DNA of 64,000 nt from Mobula hypostoma (taxonomy: Eukaryota), in the NCBI RefSeq assembly GCF_963921235.1, contig NC_086109.1, forward strand, positions 28,274,001 to 28,338,000. Reading direction: 5' to 3'. Each line of letters starts with the position of its first letter. Within the stretch, counting starts at the first letter, position 1. Under the pieces are notes generated by a model. It had not been told where the DNA came from, searched no databases, and saw only the letters and a program-made list of their open reading frames with translations. Positions 1-13,471 of the stretch are shown here, piece after piece. The translations under genes and the position numbers were made by a program.

Positions 1-199
1 TAGAGCGAGGCACCACCTGGTGCTTGGACAATTTAAACACAGGCAAAGATAGACTGGAAGCCTGACTGTCGGGAATGGAGGTGAGGGTCGGGCTGATTTC
101 CTTTGCTCTTCCACCAATTTTCACTCTTACTTTGCGGCTCTGGGGCTTTGAACTGATCTGATCTGCCTGCTGTGCATTTTTGTCCTGCTGGTGTGATGA

Positions 200-377
200 G
201 CTGGGATCAAGGCTCATTGGGTGGTAGGTAAAGACAAGGGGAACTCTATCCCTATTATGGCAGAAGGAAGATAGGATGAAGGTGGAAGTCCGGGAAATGG
301 GTATGACACCAATGAGGGCAGCATGGATGGTAGAGGAAGGGAAACCCCTTTCTTTGAAGAAGGAGGACATCTCAGAT
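200..377 (-). mobile_element. Penelope-like element fragment (RT C-terminal region)
   Basis: Minus strand reads SEMSSFFKERGFPSSTIHAAL...RDRVPLVFTYHP; similar sequence recurs near 12530-12700. Confidence 0.7.
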
Positions 378-1104
378 TTAATACATTGTGTTATCACGTG
401 CACTGAAGTGAGATTCTGGGAGCTAGTTTCATTAAAATTGAGATCAAACCATATATGACGCTGCAAATGTTGCATCAATTACAACAGAAGAAACATTTGT
501 AATCTCATAGCTTATTATCATAAATGAAACGTTAGTGCATCTAGATCTAGGGGTAACAGTCTCTAAATAAAGGGATGTCTATTTGGGCAGATGAGAAGGG
601 TAGTGAATCTCCAGAGGGCAGTGAATCCTTAGAATTCTCTATCCAGGAGAGCAATGATGCTCAGTTGCAGAGTATATTGAAAACAGAGATTGATAGATTT
701 CTAGTCTTGGTAGAACCAAGGGTCAATGGCTTAGTACAGGAAAGTGACATTGAAGCAATTGATCAGCCATGAATCAGTGGTCCACTTTTTTTTTACATTT
801 TTATTGCACAGAATGAATAATCACTTAGAAATGCAATATTATTTATGGATTTTCAGGAGCTATTTACAGCCTAAATAGTCTTTGAGGAAATAATCAATTG
901 CATTTCTAACACTTAAAGAGTCAGTGTAAATCACTGACAAAGTATTTCAGGATGGGTTAGGAGCTGGGCTTCACCATCCAGCATGCAAAATATGAAAACT
1001 CTACAGGAATAACTGTTCTACATGAACATCTCAATACTCCTGCAATATCTCTGGCGATGCTGCTATTTAAATATTCAAATGCTTCAATTTGTTCTGCTTA
1101 TTAT

Positions 1105-1905
1105 CAGAGACTGTATACAGTATGCAACCTGAAGCACTTGCCGTCGCAGACATCCATGAGAAACAGAACCCAAAAGAATGAACAAGAGAAAAGCATTAGC
1201 ACCCCAAAGCCCCCTTTCCCCTTCTCCCGCGCAAGCAGCAGCAACATCAATGCATCAACTCTCCCCCTGCCCATTTCAGCAAAAGCCTCAGTGCCCACCA
1301 CCCACAACAGCAAAGCCCCCAGAGAGACCATCATCTGCAGTCAGCAGAAACTATTGTTTACCCAACAGTTTGACATGCCACGAGCTCTCTCTTTCACTAA
1401 CAAGGGACAGAGAGTTATCGCCCATTTTCACAGTGAAAGGCCTTCTCTGTTACAATATTGCAGTCTGCCATGTCGCTTTTTATTCTGAGATTCTCCAACT
1501 CGAAAATTGGCAGCAAACTCTCCCCACATCGAGAGAGAGAGAGAGAGAGAAAAAGAGAAAGCAATCACTCGACCGCTGAGACCTTTGTCCACATCATCTG
1601 CTGCCATGAAATCCCAATGTTTCATCTCCCGTGACAACTCAGTTGTCAACACCAGCCTGGAATTGGTCATCTTAGAGCCACACCCTGGAGGCGCCATCTT
1701 CCAAGTCACGCCTGGAGAATATGGAGAATATCAGAACACGGTCGACCGGCGAGCTCCTTAAAAAAACGCCACTTAAGTGCCACTTGCAGAACAGAACCTC
1801 AGTAGAACCCCAATCACCTTGAAAAGGAAAAGCAGGGGCATTAAAGAGAGTAACTTAAGCTGCTTCTGCAGATGAGCTCGAAGAGGCAGCCACTTGACAC
1901 CATCT
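1105..1905 (-). repeat. Unclassified dispersed repeat, probably a non-autonomous retroposon
   Basis: Segmentally similar to 13560-14290 (cccaaaagaatgaa..., ctattgtttaccc...tttgacat.cca...ctctctct); contains (GA)n near 1531-1550. Confidence 0.5.
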
Positions 1906-2293
1906 TCATAGTTCGAAGTTCAAAATAAAATTTATTATTAGTCTACATACTTGTTACCATATACCACCCTGAGATTCTTTTTCTGAGGGCATACTTAGCA
2001 ACCTATAGAACTGTAAACATCAGCAATGATAAACTGTAAACAAACTACGCAAGTGCAGATATAAATAAATAGCAATAAATAATGAGCATGAAATAACAAT
2101 ATAACAAGGTCATTAAATGAGTGTACTTATCCCCTTTTGTTCAAGACCCTGATGGTTGAGGGGTAGTAACTGTCTTTGAACCTGATTGTGCAAGTTCTGA
2201 GGCATTTGTACCTTCTACCTGATGGCAGCAGCGAGAAAAGAACATGAACTGGGTGGAGGGGATTGCTGATAATGGATGCTTGCTTTTTTACGG

Positions 2294-3508
2294 CAGCGGT
2301 CCCCAACCACTGGGCCGCGGACCGATACCGGCCGCAAAGCATGTGCTACCGGGCCATGAGGAAACGATATGATTTGGCGATATGAAACGATATGAGTCTC
2401 AGCTGCACCTTTCCTCATTCCCTGTCACGCACTCTGTTGAGCTTGAACGCACGCGAGGTCATTACTCGCGCATCATCCATGTCAGCGCAGGAAGGAGATC
2501 AACTCTTTGAGCTTGCAAACGATGGCGGGCTGAAAAGTATGTTTGACATAACATCTCCGCCGGTATTCTGGATCAAAGTCAAGGCTAAATATCCTGAGAT
2601 AGCCACAAAAGCACTGAAAACGTTGCTTCTATTTCCAACATATCTCTGCAATGAATGCAACGAAAGCTAAATTGCGGAATAGACTGGACATAAGGAACCT
2701 CCTTCGAGTATCACTGTCACCCATCACCCTTCGATGGGACCGTCTTGTTGCAGGGAAACAAGCCCAGGGCTCCCACTGATTCAGCGATATTGGTGTGTTG
2801 CAATGATTTTATATGTTCATACGGGGAAAATATGTGCTGTGTGTTTAATATCCAAATGTTACTTAAAATGTTATGATGGTATTGACTTATATAACCATAT
2901 AACCATATAAAAATTACAGCACGGAACAGGCGATCTCAACCCTTCTAGTCCGTGCCGAACGCTTACTCTCACCTAGTCCCACCGACCTGCACTCATCCAT
3001 AACACTCCATTCCTTTCCTGTCCATATGCCTACCCAATTTTTCTTTAAATGATAATGTCAAACCTGCCTCTACCACTTCTACTGGAAGTTCGTTCAACAC
3101 TTACTTCAAGCTCCCCTGTCCTCCCCTAATAATTGACTTATCACTATATTCATGCAAGGAAAATATGCGCCGTGTTTGATATTAAATTCGTTAGATAAAC
3201 CCTTTTAGTAATGAAATTGAGTGTATTAGCCACTTATCACCTATATTCCAGTCATGATTAACACTCCCCCCCCGAACAGAATCGTTAAAAACGATTTGTA
3301 GAAAAAAATCGGCACTTACACACATGCACACACAGGTGCCGCGCAAGGCTTCATGGTCATGGTAGTCTTTCTCAGTGTAAACACAACGTATTTGACTACT
3401 CCTCTTGTTCATTGGCAACCGTACCCTCCACCCCCTGGGTTGGCCGGTCCGCAAGAATATTGTCAATAATAAACCGGTCCATGGTGCAAAAAAGGTTGGG
3501 GACCCCTG
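2294..3508 (+). mobile_element. Non-autonomous hAT (Charlie/Buster-type) DNA transposon
   Basis: TIRs cagcggtccccaacc / ggttggggacccctg; 8-bp TSD ttttacgg (2286-2293) / ttctacgg (3509-3516) with central TA; remnant of the hAT dimerisation domain FWIKVKAKYPEIATKALKTLLLFPTYLC. Confidence 0.92.
2893..3095 (-). mobile_element. CR1 LINE 3'-end fragment nested in the hAT element
   Basis: Tail repeat aaccatat x2 followed by the antisense CR1 3' end (tacagcacggaacaggc...tgtccatatgcctacccaatttttctttaaatg). Confidence 0.65.
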
Positions 3509-4194
3509 TTCTACGGCAACAGTTCATGTAGATTTGCTCAGTGGTTGGGAGGGCTTTATCTGTGAGGTACTAGACTGAATCCATTACCTTTTGTAGGATT
3601 TTCCACTCAAAGGCATTGGTGTTCCCATACCTGGCGGTAATGCAGCCAGTCAGCACACTTTCCACCACACATCTGCAGAGGTCTGCCAAGGTTTTCAATG
3701 ACATGGTGAACCTCCACAGACTCCTGTGGAAGTAAAGATACTGTCATGCTTTCCTTGCAGTAATATTTATATGATGGGTCCAGGACAGGTCCTCTCAGAT
3801 AGTGACACCTAGGAATTTAAAGTTCATGACCTTCTCCATCTCTGTTCCTCCATGGACATCTGGTTCTCTCTTCTGAAGTCTACAATCATTTCCTTGGTCT
3901 CATTGACATTGAGTGAGAGGTTGTTGTCATTACACCACTCAGCCAAGTTTTCAATCTCCCTCCTGGGTGCTGATTCATCACCCCCTTTGATACAACCCAC
4001 AAAAGCAAACTTGTATATGGTGTTGGAGCTGTATTTAGCCATACAGTTATAGGTGTAAATCAAATAGAGCAGGGGGCTGAGTACATATCCCTGTGGTGCT
4101 CCTGTGCTGAACGAGATTGTGGAGGATGGACAATAGGTGCTTGGTGAAGCGGTTTCCAAATCCATGTCGGGTCTCACTGATACACAGGATGCTA

Positions 4195-4848
4195 ATCTGG
4201 GAGTTTGGACTCCTGACCCGACATAGATTGGTAGACTGCTTCACTGAGTACCTACACTCTGTGCGCCAGAAAAAAAAACAGGATCTCCCAGCGGCCACCC
4301 ATTTTAATTCCACCTCCCATTCCTCTTCTGACGTGTTAGTCCATGGCCTCCTCCATTGTTGTGATGAGGGCACACTCAGGCTGGAGGAGCAACATCGCAC
4401 ATTCTGTCTGGGTAGCCTCCAACTTGATGGCATGAACATTGATTTCTCGAACTCCTGGTAATGCCCCCCTTCACTATTCCCCATTCCCATTTCCATCTCA
4501 CACTGTATCTCCTTACCTGCCCGTCACCTTCCTCTGGTGCTCCTCCCCCTTTTCTTTCTTCGATGGCCTTAAGTCCTCTCCTGTCAGATTCTCCCTTCTC
4601 CAGCCCTGCTTCTCTTTCACCAACCAACTTTGCAGCTCTTTATTTCACCCCTCCCCTCCCTGTTTCACCTATCACCCTGTGTTTCTTTCTACCTTCTAAC
4701 TCTTCATTTTTTTTCCAGTCCTGATGAAGTGTCTCGGCCCGAAATATCGGCTGTACTCTTTTCCATAGATGCTGCCTGGCCTGCTGAGTTCCTCCAGCAT
4801 TTTGTGTGTGTGGCTTGGATTTCCAGCACTGCTGATTTTCTCATGATT
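4195..4848 (+). mobile_element. Penelope-like element 3' part (GIY-YIG C-terminus plus terminal repeat)
   Basis: TRHRLVDCFTEYLHSVRQ...DLPAATHFNSTSHS...RLEEQHRTFCLGSLQLDGMNIDF; degenerate hammerhead motif at 4716-4753. Confidence 0.85.
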
Positions 4849-6619
4849 GTAAATAATAAAAGGAATATTTTGGTGAACTTTGTATGTTGCTCTCCCATAT
4901 ATATTTTTTTGCAATTTTAAGGAACTCCTTCAGGTTGTTCAACAGGTGAATATTTAATTTTGTTTATTCTTAAAACATAAATTAAAGGAATGTCAGTGTA
5001 CAGTTTGATTCGTATATTTTCAGTTTCTCCCTTTTAATGTGAATTTAACAAAGGTGAGACTTAATTTAACATATACAAGTCAACATGTTGTGATTTTGGG
5101 AAAGAATACAAAATTGTATGTCTGCACATAGAAGTAATAAAAATACAGATGTATTTAAAGATTGAGCATTCTTGTTTTACACAGACGTTAGCCTCACCTC
5201 ATTGATAAGTTGTTAGTTGTTTACTAGTTCCAAAATAAAAGTACATAAAATCTCAGAAAAATGAATCGGTTTATTGTTTCGTGTTCCATCTTAATATGAC
5301 TAAAAGGTTATGTGCATACAACCGTGGACTCAGCCCATTTGCTTATATTCTGTGTTTACCATTTGCAAATTCTCACATGATATTTAGGGGACATTTCTTG
5401 TTGCTGATGACACCTTGTTGATGGCTTGATGTGCTTTGGAAATATCTTTGTTTTGCTTCATCAATGTTTGTAGGGAAACTTTGTTGTTATAGTTAACCCT
5501 CTTTACTATGGTTTGAAACAAACATCTGACATAGCCAAAAGCTGGCCTGAACATGTTGATAATATCTCGGGCTAGGCCTCTACAAACTCTTGCTTCATTT
5601 AGCACAGAAAGGAGCCATTCAGTTGTAGTGCACGCTACAGGTCCATGAGAGAGTAACCTGTTAGTCTCAATTTCCTACTCTTTATCCCTCATCTTCTGAC
5701 CCTCTGCTCCCCCACCACTTGCAAATTTCCTCATTTTAATATTTATCCAAATCCTTTGGAAACTACCTTTGAATCAGCTTTTACCATCCGCTCAGTTGAT
5801 GCATTGCACATCCTATCAACTCACTAGAAATACATAATTTCTGAAATCTTCACTTATTTGGCAATTATTTTAAGTCTATTTTGATCATTGGTCCTCTAGC
5901 CACTTGAAACAGTTCCTTCTTCTCAACTCTATTGCAAACAATAAAGGAAACCTTTTAAAATCATTTATATTTATTTGTGAGCTTGTAATTAAAGTAATGG
6001 GACATTTTGCCACTTTTTTCATGTAATTCCTTTTGCATTTAATGGTTCTCTGTCCTGCTTTTCTCCTTTCCTTTCCTGAAATGGACATTGTTTGGAGCAA
6101 GTATCATTACAGAATATTGCCAAGTATCTGCTCTTCACGTGTAAGCCTGGACAGCATATTATTTGAATATGGAGCTAATGTAGTCTCCTCAGATCCACTT
6201 CTGCAGCCTTTTCTCCTGGAACTGAGCACTGCATTCTCAACAGGAATTAATCAAGGTCTTGCACAATAAGGACATGATTTTGTACGTTGTTTTGATTGGA
6301 AGTGTTTCCAAAGAGTTTGATGCTTTGGTGTATAGGGAAGGAACAAAAGTGGGTCTATCAATGTTCACTTTTGTGACGGAGAAAATTCCAACATCTGGCA
6401 TCCAGATATCGATAGTTAAACTCAAAAATCAGGGAGTTATATTGTGATTTGTTCTGCTCTGCCAGAGGTCTTGCACCACCAGGATTTGGTTGAGAGGGTT
6501 ATTGTTCAAATACTTTAAACAAATAGCTTCAGTAAGCTCCTGTATTCAATTGAGAATGGGAAATTATGATTCATTGCAAATAAAAAAGCTGGAGATCTGA
6601 AATAAGAACAGAAATTGAG

Positions 6620-9600
6620 CAGTGGCCAATAGGAGAGATTGCAAGCCTGAGAAGATGCAGTTCACACGGGTTCATCAATTGTGCAGAAAAGGCAGCGACT
6701 CAAAGCAGCTCGGAGCTTTGAGCACTGGCCAATCAGCATTTGAGGTTGATTGGCAAGAACAAAATAAAGTAAGGCAGGGGCAAGTGGAGCAGCCAGTGTC
6801 ATGGCGATCGTCAGTGGAATGGACAAAGATAATGTGGGGATTTTGAGGCTTTAGTTTGTCGAGGTTTCAGCAAAGAGAGGCTTCAGTCAGAGAAGGCAAA
6901 AAAAAAAGCAGTAACTAGATTTCCCCTCCCCAACAGTTTATTGATCTTTTTTTACATTTGCTCAGTTAGAACAGTAGGTATGTCAGGCAGGATAGTGGAA
7001 TGCTCCTCTTGCGGGATGTGCGAAGGCAGGGAGACCTCCAGTGCCCCTGATGACTACACCCACGAGAAGGGCATCCAGCTGCACCATCTAACACTCTGCA
7101 CTAAGGAGACAGAACTGGAACTGCGTGATCTCCGGGTCACTTGGGGGCTGAGGGGGTGATAGACAGGACATATAGAGAGGTAATTACACCCAAGGTGCAT
7201 GGCACTGGAAATAGGCTGACAGTCAGGAAGGAGAAAGGTGTTAAGCAGCCAGTGCGGAGTACCCCTGTGGCCATTCCCCTTAACAACAGGTGTACCACTT
7301 TAGACACTGCTTGGGGTGCTAACCTAGCAGAGGAAAGTCACAATGGTCAGATCTCTGGCACTGAGTCTGACTCTGCAACTCGGAAGGGAAGCAGGGAGAA
7401 GCGGTGAACTGTGGTGATTGGGGATTCATTAGTCAGGGTAACAGAAAGGAGGTTCGGTGGACAAGAACAAAATTCTCAGATTGTATGTTGCCTCCTGGGT
7501 GCCAGGGTTTGGGACATCTTGGATCAAGTCCTCAACGTTCTTAAGTGGGAGGGTGAACAGCCAGAAGGTCCATGCAGGTACCAATAACATTGGTCAGAAG
7601 AGTGATGAGGTTCTGCAAAGTGAGCTCAAGGAGTTAAAGGGCAGTACCTCCAAAGTTGTGATCTCAGGATTACTACCTGTGCCATGTGCTAATGATGCCA
7701 GAAACAGGAAGATTACACAGTCTAACATGTGAATAACGGTTTTCTGTAGAAGGGAGGGCAAAAGATTTTTGGATCACTGGTCTCTCTTCCAGGGAAGGTG
7801 GGACCTGTACAGAAGAGGTGGTTTGCATCTGAACTGGGGGTACTAATATCTAGCGGGAAGATTTGCTAGTGCGGCACAGGGGAGTTTAAACTAATGTTGC
7901 TTGAGGATGGGAACCAGAGTACCAGAACAGTTAATGGAGAGGTTGTGGAGACAAATGTTGGTAAGACCTCAGGTAAAGTTAGGAATCAAAAAGTTGTGCA
8001 TAGTGGATTAATGTCCTGAGCTGTATATATTTCAATGCAAGAAGTATCATAGGAAAGGCAGATGAGCTCGGGGCATGGATCAGCAACAGGAATTATGATA
8101 CTGTAGCTGCTGGTGAGATTTGTTTGCAGGAGAAACCGGACTGGCAAGTCAATATTCCAGGGTTCGGTTGTTTTAGACGCGATAGAGCAGGAGGGATAAA
8201 AGGAGGAGGGGTGGCATTACTAGTCAGGGAAAATGTTGTGGCAGAAATCAGTCAGGACAGAACGGAGAACTTGTCTAGTGAGGGGTTATGGGTGGATCTA
8301 AGAAATAAGAGAAGTATGACCACATTAATGGGGCTATATTACAGACTACCCAACAGTCCAAGGGATTTAGAGGAACAAGTTTGCAGGGAGACTGCAGACT
8401 GTTGCAGGAAACACAAGGTTGTTATAGTAGGTGATTTTAACTTTCCACCTATTGAATGGGACTCCCATACTGTTAAAGGACTAGATAGGATAGAGTTTGT
8501 CAAATGTGTTCAGGAAAGTTTCCTTCATCAGTACATAGAAGTCCCAATAAGGGTGTGTGCGATACTTGATCTGCTATTAGGGAATGAGACAGGACAGGTG
8601 ACAGAAGTTTGAGTAGGGGAACACTTTGCATCAAGTGGTCACAATGCAATTAGTTTCAAAGTAAATATGTAAAAAGATAGGTCTGCTCTGCGAGCTAAGA
8701 TTCTAAATTAGAGTAAGGCCAATTTTGATGGTATCAGAAAGGATCTAGCAGGTGGGGATTGGAACAGGCTTTTTTTCTAGCAAAGTTTTACTTGGTAAGT
8801 GGGACACCTTCAAAAGTGAAATTTTGAGAGTGCGAAGCTTGTATGTGCCTGTTAAAATAAAAGGTAAAGATACCAGGTGTAGGGGCCTTGGTTTTCAAAA
8901 GATATTGAAGCCCTGGTTAAGCAGAAAAAGGAAGTTCACAGCAGGTATAGGCAGGTAGGAACAAATGAGGTGCTTATGGAGTATAAGAAAGCAAGAGAAC
9001 ACTTAAGAAAGAAATTAGGAGGGCTAAAAGAAAGCACGAGGTTGTCCTTGCAGACAAGGTAATAGAGAATCCTTTGGGATTCTACAGATATGTTAACAGC
9101 AAAAGGATTGCAAGGGACAAAATTGGTCTCCAAAAAGATCAGAATGGTAACCCTTGTGTGGAGCCAAAAGATGCCGGAGATTTTAAATAATGTTTTTGCA
9201 TCTGTACTTACTCAAGGGTTGGACACAGAGTCTATAGAAGTGAGGCAAAGCAGCATCAACTTCATGGACCACAAAGAGATTACAGAGGAGGAGGTGTTTG
9301 CTGGCCTGGGGCAAATCAGGGCCTGACAAGAAATAGCCAGGGCACTAGTGGAGATATCTAAATCATCTCTTGCAACAGGTGAGGTACCAGAGGATTGAAG
9401 GATAGCCACTGTTGTTCCACTGTTTAAAAAACGTCTCTGAGGTTGCGTGGGATTACCATTAGAGACCCTGGGTTGAGGGTGAAAGGTAAAAAGTTCAAGG
9501 GGAGCATGAGGGGAAACTTCTTCATTCAGAGGGTTGTGACAGTTTGGAACTGAGCTGCCAGCACAAGTGGTACATGCAAGCTCAACTTCAATGTTTAAGA

Positions 9601-9754
9601 GAAGTTTGGATAAGTACATTGAGGGTAGGGGTATGGAGAGCTATGACCACAGTGCAGGTTGATGAGAGTAGGCAGCTTAAATGATTTGGCATAGAACAGA
9701 AGGGCTGAAGGACTTCTTTCTCTGCAGTATTTTTCTATGACTCTATGATTCTAT
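6620..9754 (+). mobile_element. CR1-clade LINE, near full 5' length, internally deleted and decayed
   Basis: ORF1 remnants: CSSC zinc finger and SGNH esterase motifs VVIGDSLVR and HAGTNNIG. ORF2 APE motifs YFNARSI, GGGVALLV and GDFNFP. RT core missing (jumps near 9325 and 9440). 3' tail gactctatgattctat. Confidence 0.9.
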
Positions 9755-10592
9755 GTCGAATTCTGGAAGCACTCAGCAGGCCAGGTAACATCTGCAGAAA
9801 GAGAAACAATTAATGTTCTGAGAAAGAGAGAATAGAGAAAGGGAGCAAACAAAACAATTTACAGATACATTTACATGGGAAAAGATGTACAGTGGCTGGT
9901 GGGGCAAGAAAAGCAGGTGAGAGACTTGGCATGGGAGTAATCCCTCCAGGACTGTTAATATCCTGTTTTTAAAGAGATGGATAACAACCACTTACAGTAT
10001 GGTTGATATCTTATTTTAAGTTTTATTTAATTCGGTTATGGATGCTGGGTGTTTCTAGCAAAGCCTGTATTTATTCCCCTGCTATAATTACTACTGTAAG
10101 TAAACCCACTGCAGTACTTCAAGTGACAGTATCGTGCTTTTGGACTTTGTCCCAATGACAATGAATGAATGGCATTGCATTTCCAAGTCATCATGCTGTG
10201 TATTTGTGGGGAAGGTATGATTCACACCTGCTGGTGCCCTCAATATTTTAGATAATGTACTTTTGAAGAAGCCTGTCTGAGTTACTGAGATACATCCTAT
10301 GGATGGTTCCACCTGCACTTTTAGTTGGAAATTCAAGGTAATAAATGTTCCTGATGGTATTGGGTTTGGTTGGATTTATGTGGACAAGTCAAGAGTGTTC
10401 CTGGATCTAGATGGAGATTTGAATCTATCTGTTGCATAGTTCAGTGAGAATGTCATTATTGGAGCTCATACATCCTTACATTGTTCCCATTCTCCTTGAA
10501 TATCTCCCTGTACCAAGGTCAGAGAGACTTTTCCTTCTCCTCCCTTTCACTTAAACTTTTCTTTGTGTTTTTTCATCTCTTGCCTCTCAAAG

Positions 10593-10801
10593 TCCAAACC
10601 TACACTCCCGTCATGAGAAGTGGAAGTGGGTAAGGCCAGTGAACAGGGCTCCGGTGAGGCTGTATAAGCCAGTCCCCTGTACAGTGGATGCAATGGATTT
10701 CAGAAGTGTTGATGAACTTCAACCATACCACCGACCTCAGAGGACGATGGAAACGGGAGTTCATCAATGGCTTATGCTCCATTTAAGAGCTAAGGGCCCA
10801 G
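10593..10801 (+). CDS. Candidate internal coding exon of an unidentified host gene
   Basis: Long polypyrimidine tract with AG at 10591-10592; consensus donor CAG|GTAAGT at 10802; only one frame open (PNLHSRHEKWKWVRPVNRAPVRLYKPVPC...HLRAKGP); 5 CpGs in 209 bp; no TE similarity seen. Confidence 0.45.
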
Positions 10802-11694
10802 GTAAGTACCATAGGTTGCACTAGCTGGTTTATGCAGTAGCCTTGAATGAAGCATAAGTTTCATTAGCTCTTTCTATCCTACTCCCTCAAGACTTTAGTA
10901 TCTTGTACTACTGTGGAAAGCTTATTGAATGATAGTGACAGGCAAACAAAAACATGCAATTAATGAGTAAGATATGGATAATCGCTTGAAATATTGATGG
11001 TTAAAGGCCCTGGAAGAAATGGGTAATCTTGCTATTTTCTAGCCATTGCAAAGTGTTGAGGCCTCAGCTGGAGACATTGCCTTACAAAATTACAGATTTG
11101 GCTTCAAAGCAGAGTGGCATGCTATTTGATGCGATGATCTATTTGTTTAATGTACATCATGTTCCATTGCACAGGTGCTACATCTAACCTACATGATGGA
11201 CAACAAAATTTGCCCACAAATTTGCATATGCTTCACTGATACTACTTCAGAATCCCAAATGTTTACTCAATATCCTAACATGTTGTCATTTCCAAACTCA
11301 GTTTTGACTCCACTCTATCTACATATCCACTGTGAACTGAATGGCATTTCCTTGCCTAAGCAATGGCTGTCTTCTTATAACCAATCCAGATGGCAAATGG
11401 TTTGAATATGTAAACAGAACCTCAGTTCTATGAAATTTCCACTTTCTTGTCTTGTTTAATTTTGCCTCCATTTTTCATACTGTAGCTTTATTGGTTCAGA
11501 GGCCTGATGCAGTTCTCAGCAATTCCTTCATCTTGGTATCATAGAATTCAGTAAGAACAAAGACAATTTTTCACATTGCCAAATGTAAATCAACCATAAT
11601 AATTTCCTGTCCTTCTATCAGTAACTTGTGAATATTTTGAAATATTATTAGAAACACGTACTGCATGTCTGTGCCACTTTAAAATAATTGTAAG

Positions 11695-12712
11695 CATGAG
11701 AAATTCTGCAGATGCTGGAAATCGAAAGCAACACAGACAAAATGCTGGAGGAATTCAGCAGTTCATGTAGCATCTATGGAAATATATAAACAATCAACAT
11801 TGTGGGCCGGGACTCTTCTTCAGGACTGGAAAGGGAAGGGGAAGACACCAGAATTAAATGTGGGGGCGAGGGGAAGGAGGATAGCAAGAAGGTGACAGGT
11901 GAATCCAGGTGGGTAGGAAAGGTAAAGGGCTGGAGAGGAAGGAATCTGATAGTAGAGGACATGGACCATAGGAGAGAAGGAAAGAGGAGGAGACCCAGGG
12001 GAAGGTTAAGGCTTGTGAAAGGAGATAAGGGGCCTGAGTGGAGAATAGAACAGGGGAGGGGGAGAGAAAAAATATTTTTATCAGAACAAGGAATTGATAT
12101 TTATAGTTGGAGGCTACCCAGACAGTTCTTGCTCCTCCACCCTGAGCGTGGCCTTATCATAGCATGAGAGGAGGCAATGGACCAGCATGTTGAAATGGAA
12201 ATCAAAATAAAAATGTTTAGCTATCGGCTATCACTTTAGACAGATGGAGCAGTGTCCCAATTTACGACGTGTCACACCGACATAGAGGTGGCTCCATCAG
12301 GAGCACCGGATGCAATAGATGACACCAGCAGATTTGCAGGTGAAGTGCTGCTTCATCCAGAAACATGGCTGTAGCACTTTGCAGGGAAAAGTGCTGGGAG
12401 GGATGAATAGACAAGGGAATCACGGAAGGGGGCGATCCCTGCGGAGAGTGGAGAGAGAGGAAGAAGTGGTAGGATCCCTTTAGAAGTTGTGGAAGCTGTG
12501 GAAAAGTATTTCATGTTGGCTCACTGAGTGGTAGATAAGAACAGGAGAAGTCTATCACTGTTAAGGCAGCGGGAATATGGGGTGAGTACGATGTTTGGAA
12601 ATGGAGGAGTGTGAGTGAGGCAGCATCAATGGTGGAGGAAGGGAAAACTCATTCTATGAAGAAGGAGGCCATCTTTGATGTACTGGAAAGGTAAGCCACA
12701 TCCTGGAAACAG
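11695..12712 (-). mobile_element. Penelope-like element 3' portion, decayed
   Basis: Reverse complement of the 4195-4848 and 16928-17590 family, extending into the GIY-YIG and RT-terminal region. Confidence 0.8.
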
Positions 12713-12840
12713 AACCCTAGGGGGGAAAAAATTAACTGGCTTCTGGTAGCATGCTTCCAAAGTTCAAAGTTCAAAGTAAATTTATTGTCAAAGTACATAT
12801 ATGTCACAATTTACGACAGTGAGATTGATTTTCTTGTGAG

Positions 12841-13471
12841 TGTAACACTCAGGGCTATCAGCTCGTGTTTATCCAGGGGAAATCACGTCCGCCTGCCAAA
12901 TGGTGTCTCACCTTTGCCTAGTTGCTGTGTAATGCACCCTGGTTCAAACTCACACATCAAATATCAGACAGCACACAATGTACGATTTACAGATTACACT
13001 TTATAGATCTTACTGGAACTATGTAATTAATAGAGATACAATATAAAAGGAAAGTAAAAGGCGGCAAACTTATCAGAGTTCAACTACTTCGTGCACAACC
13101 GTTGGAGCTCAATTAACGGGGTCTTCATTCCACCATTTGATCCCCACCGACCTCCTCGACCCGCCACCTGGGACCAACCACGGTGGTCGACCAGAGAGCG
13201 CCCAGCATGTCCTTCCTCTTTGGTTCTCCTCCCGAAAAGCCCGCCAAACCACACTGTCCCCCAGCCACATGAGACCGAATATCACCCACAAAAAGAATAA
13301 CATGGATACTCTTTGCTTCGTTCCCTCCCTTATCAATAATATAACCCAAACAAGCAGGGAAAGAGAGAACTCCATACATCACAGTTTTTATTACAGAAAA
13401 GCCATTTTATATAACATAAAAGAAGCCATTTTGGACACCTCAGCAGCCAGTGTAACCAAGACCCAGTTACA
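12841..13471. mobile_element. Solo LTR (631 bp)
   Basis: TGTAAC...GTTACA termini; 4-bp TSD tgag (12837-12840 / 13472-13475); removing it restores the host repeat sequence ttcttgtgagcatact. Confidence 0.8.

Larger units (their letters stand above)
1912..4190 (-). mobile_element. Rex1/Babar-like LINE, 3' part, split by a hAT insertion
   Basis: STGAPQGYVLSPLLY...SNTIYKFA (ORF 3824-4177) and C-terminal LLPSGRRYKCLRTCTIRFKDSYYPSTIRVLN (ORF 2127-2342); ttgaac-type tail near 1912-1925. Confidence 0.8.

Noticed and set aside
1057..1761. Cluster of overlapping 76-143 aa ORFs (also at 13091-14258, 17204-17657 and 53562-54078)
   Set aside because: All lie within dispersed repeats, have no recognisable domain and are consistent with chance ORFs in GC-richer repeat sequence.
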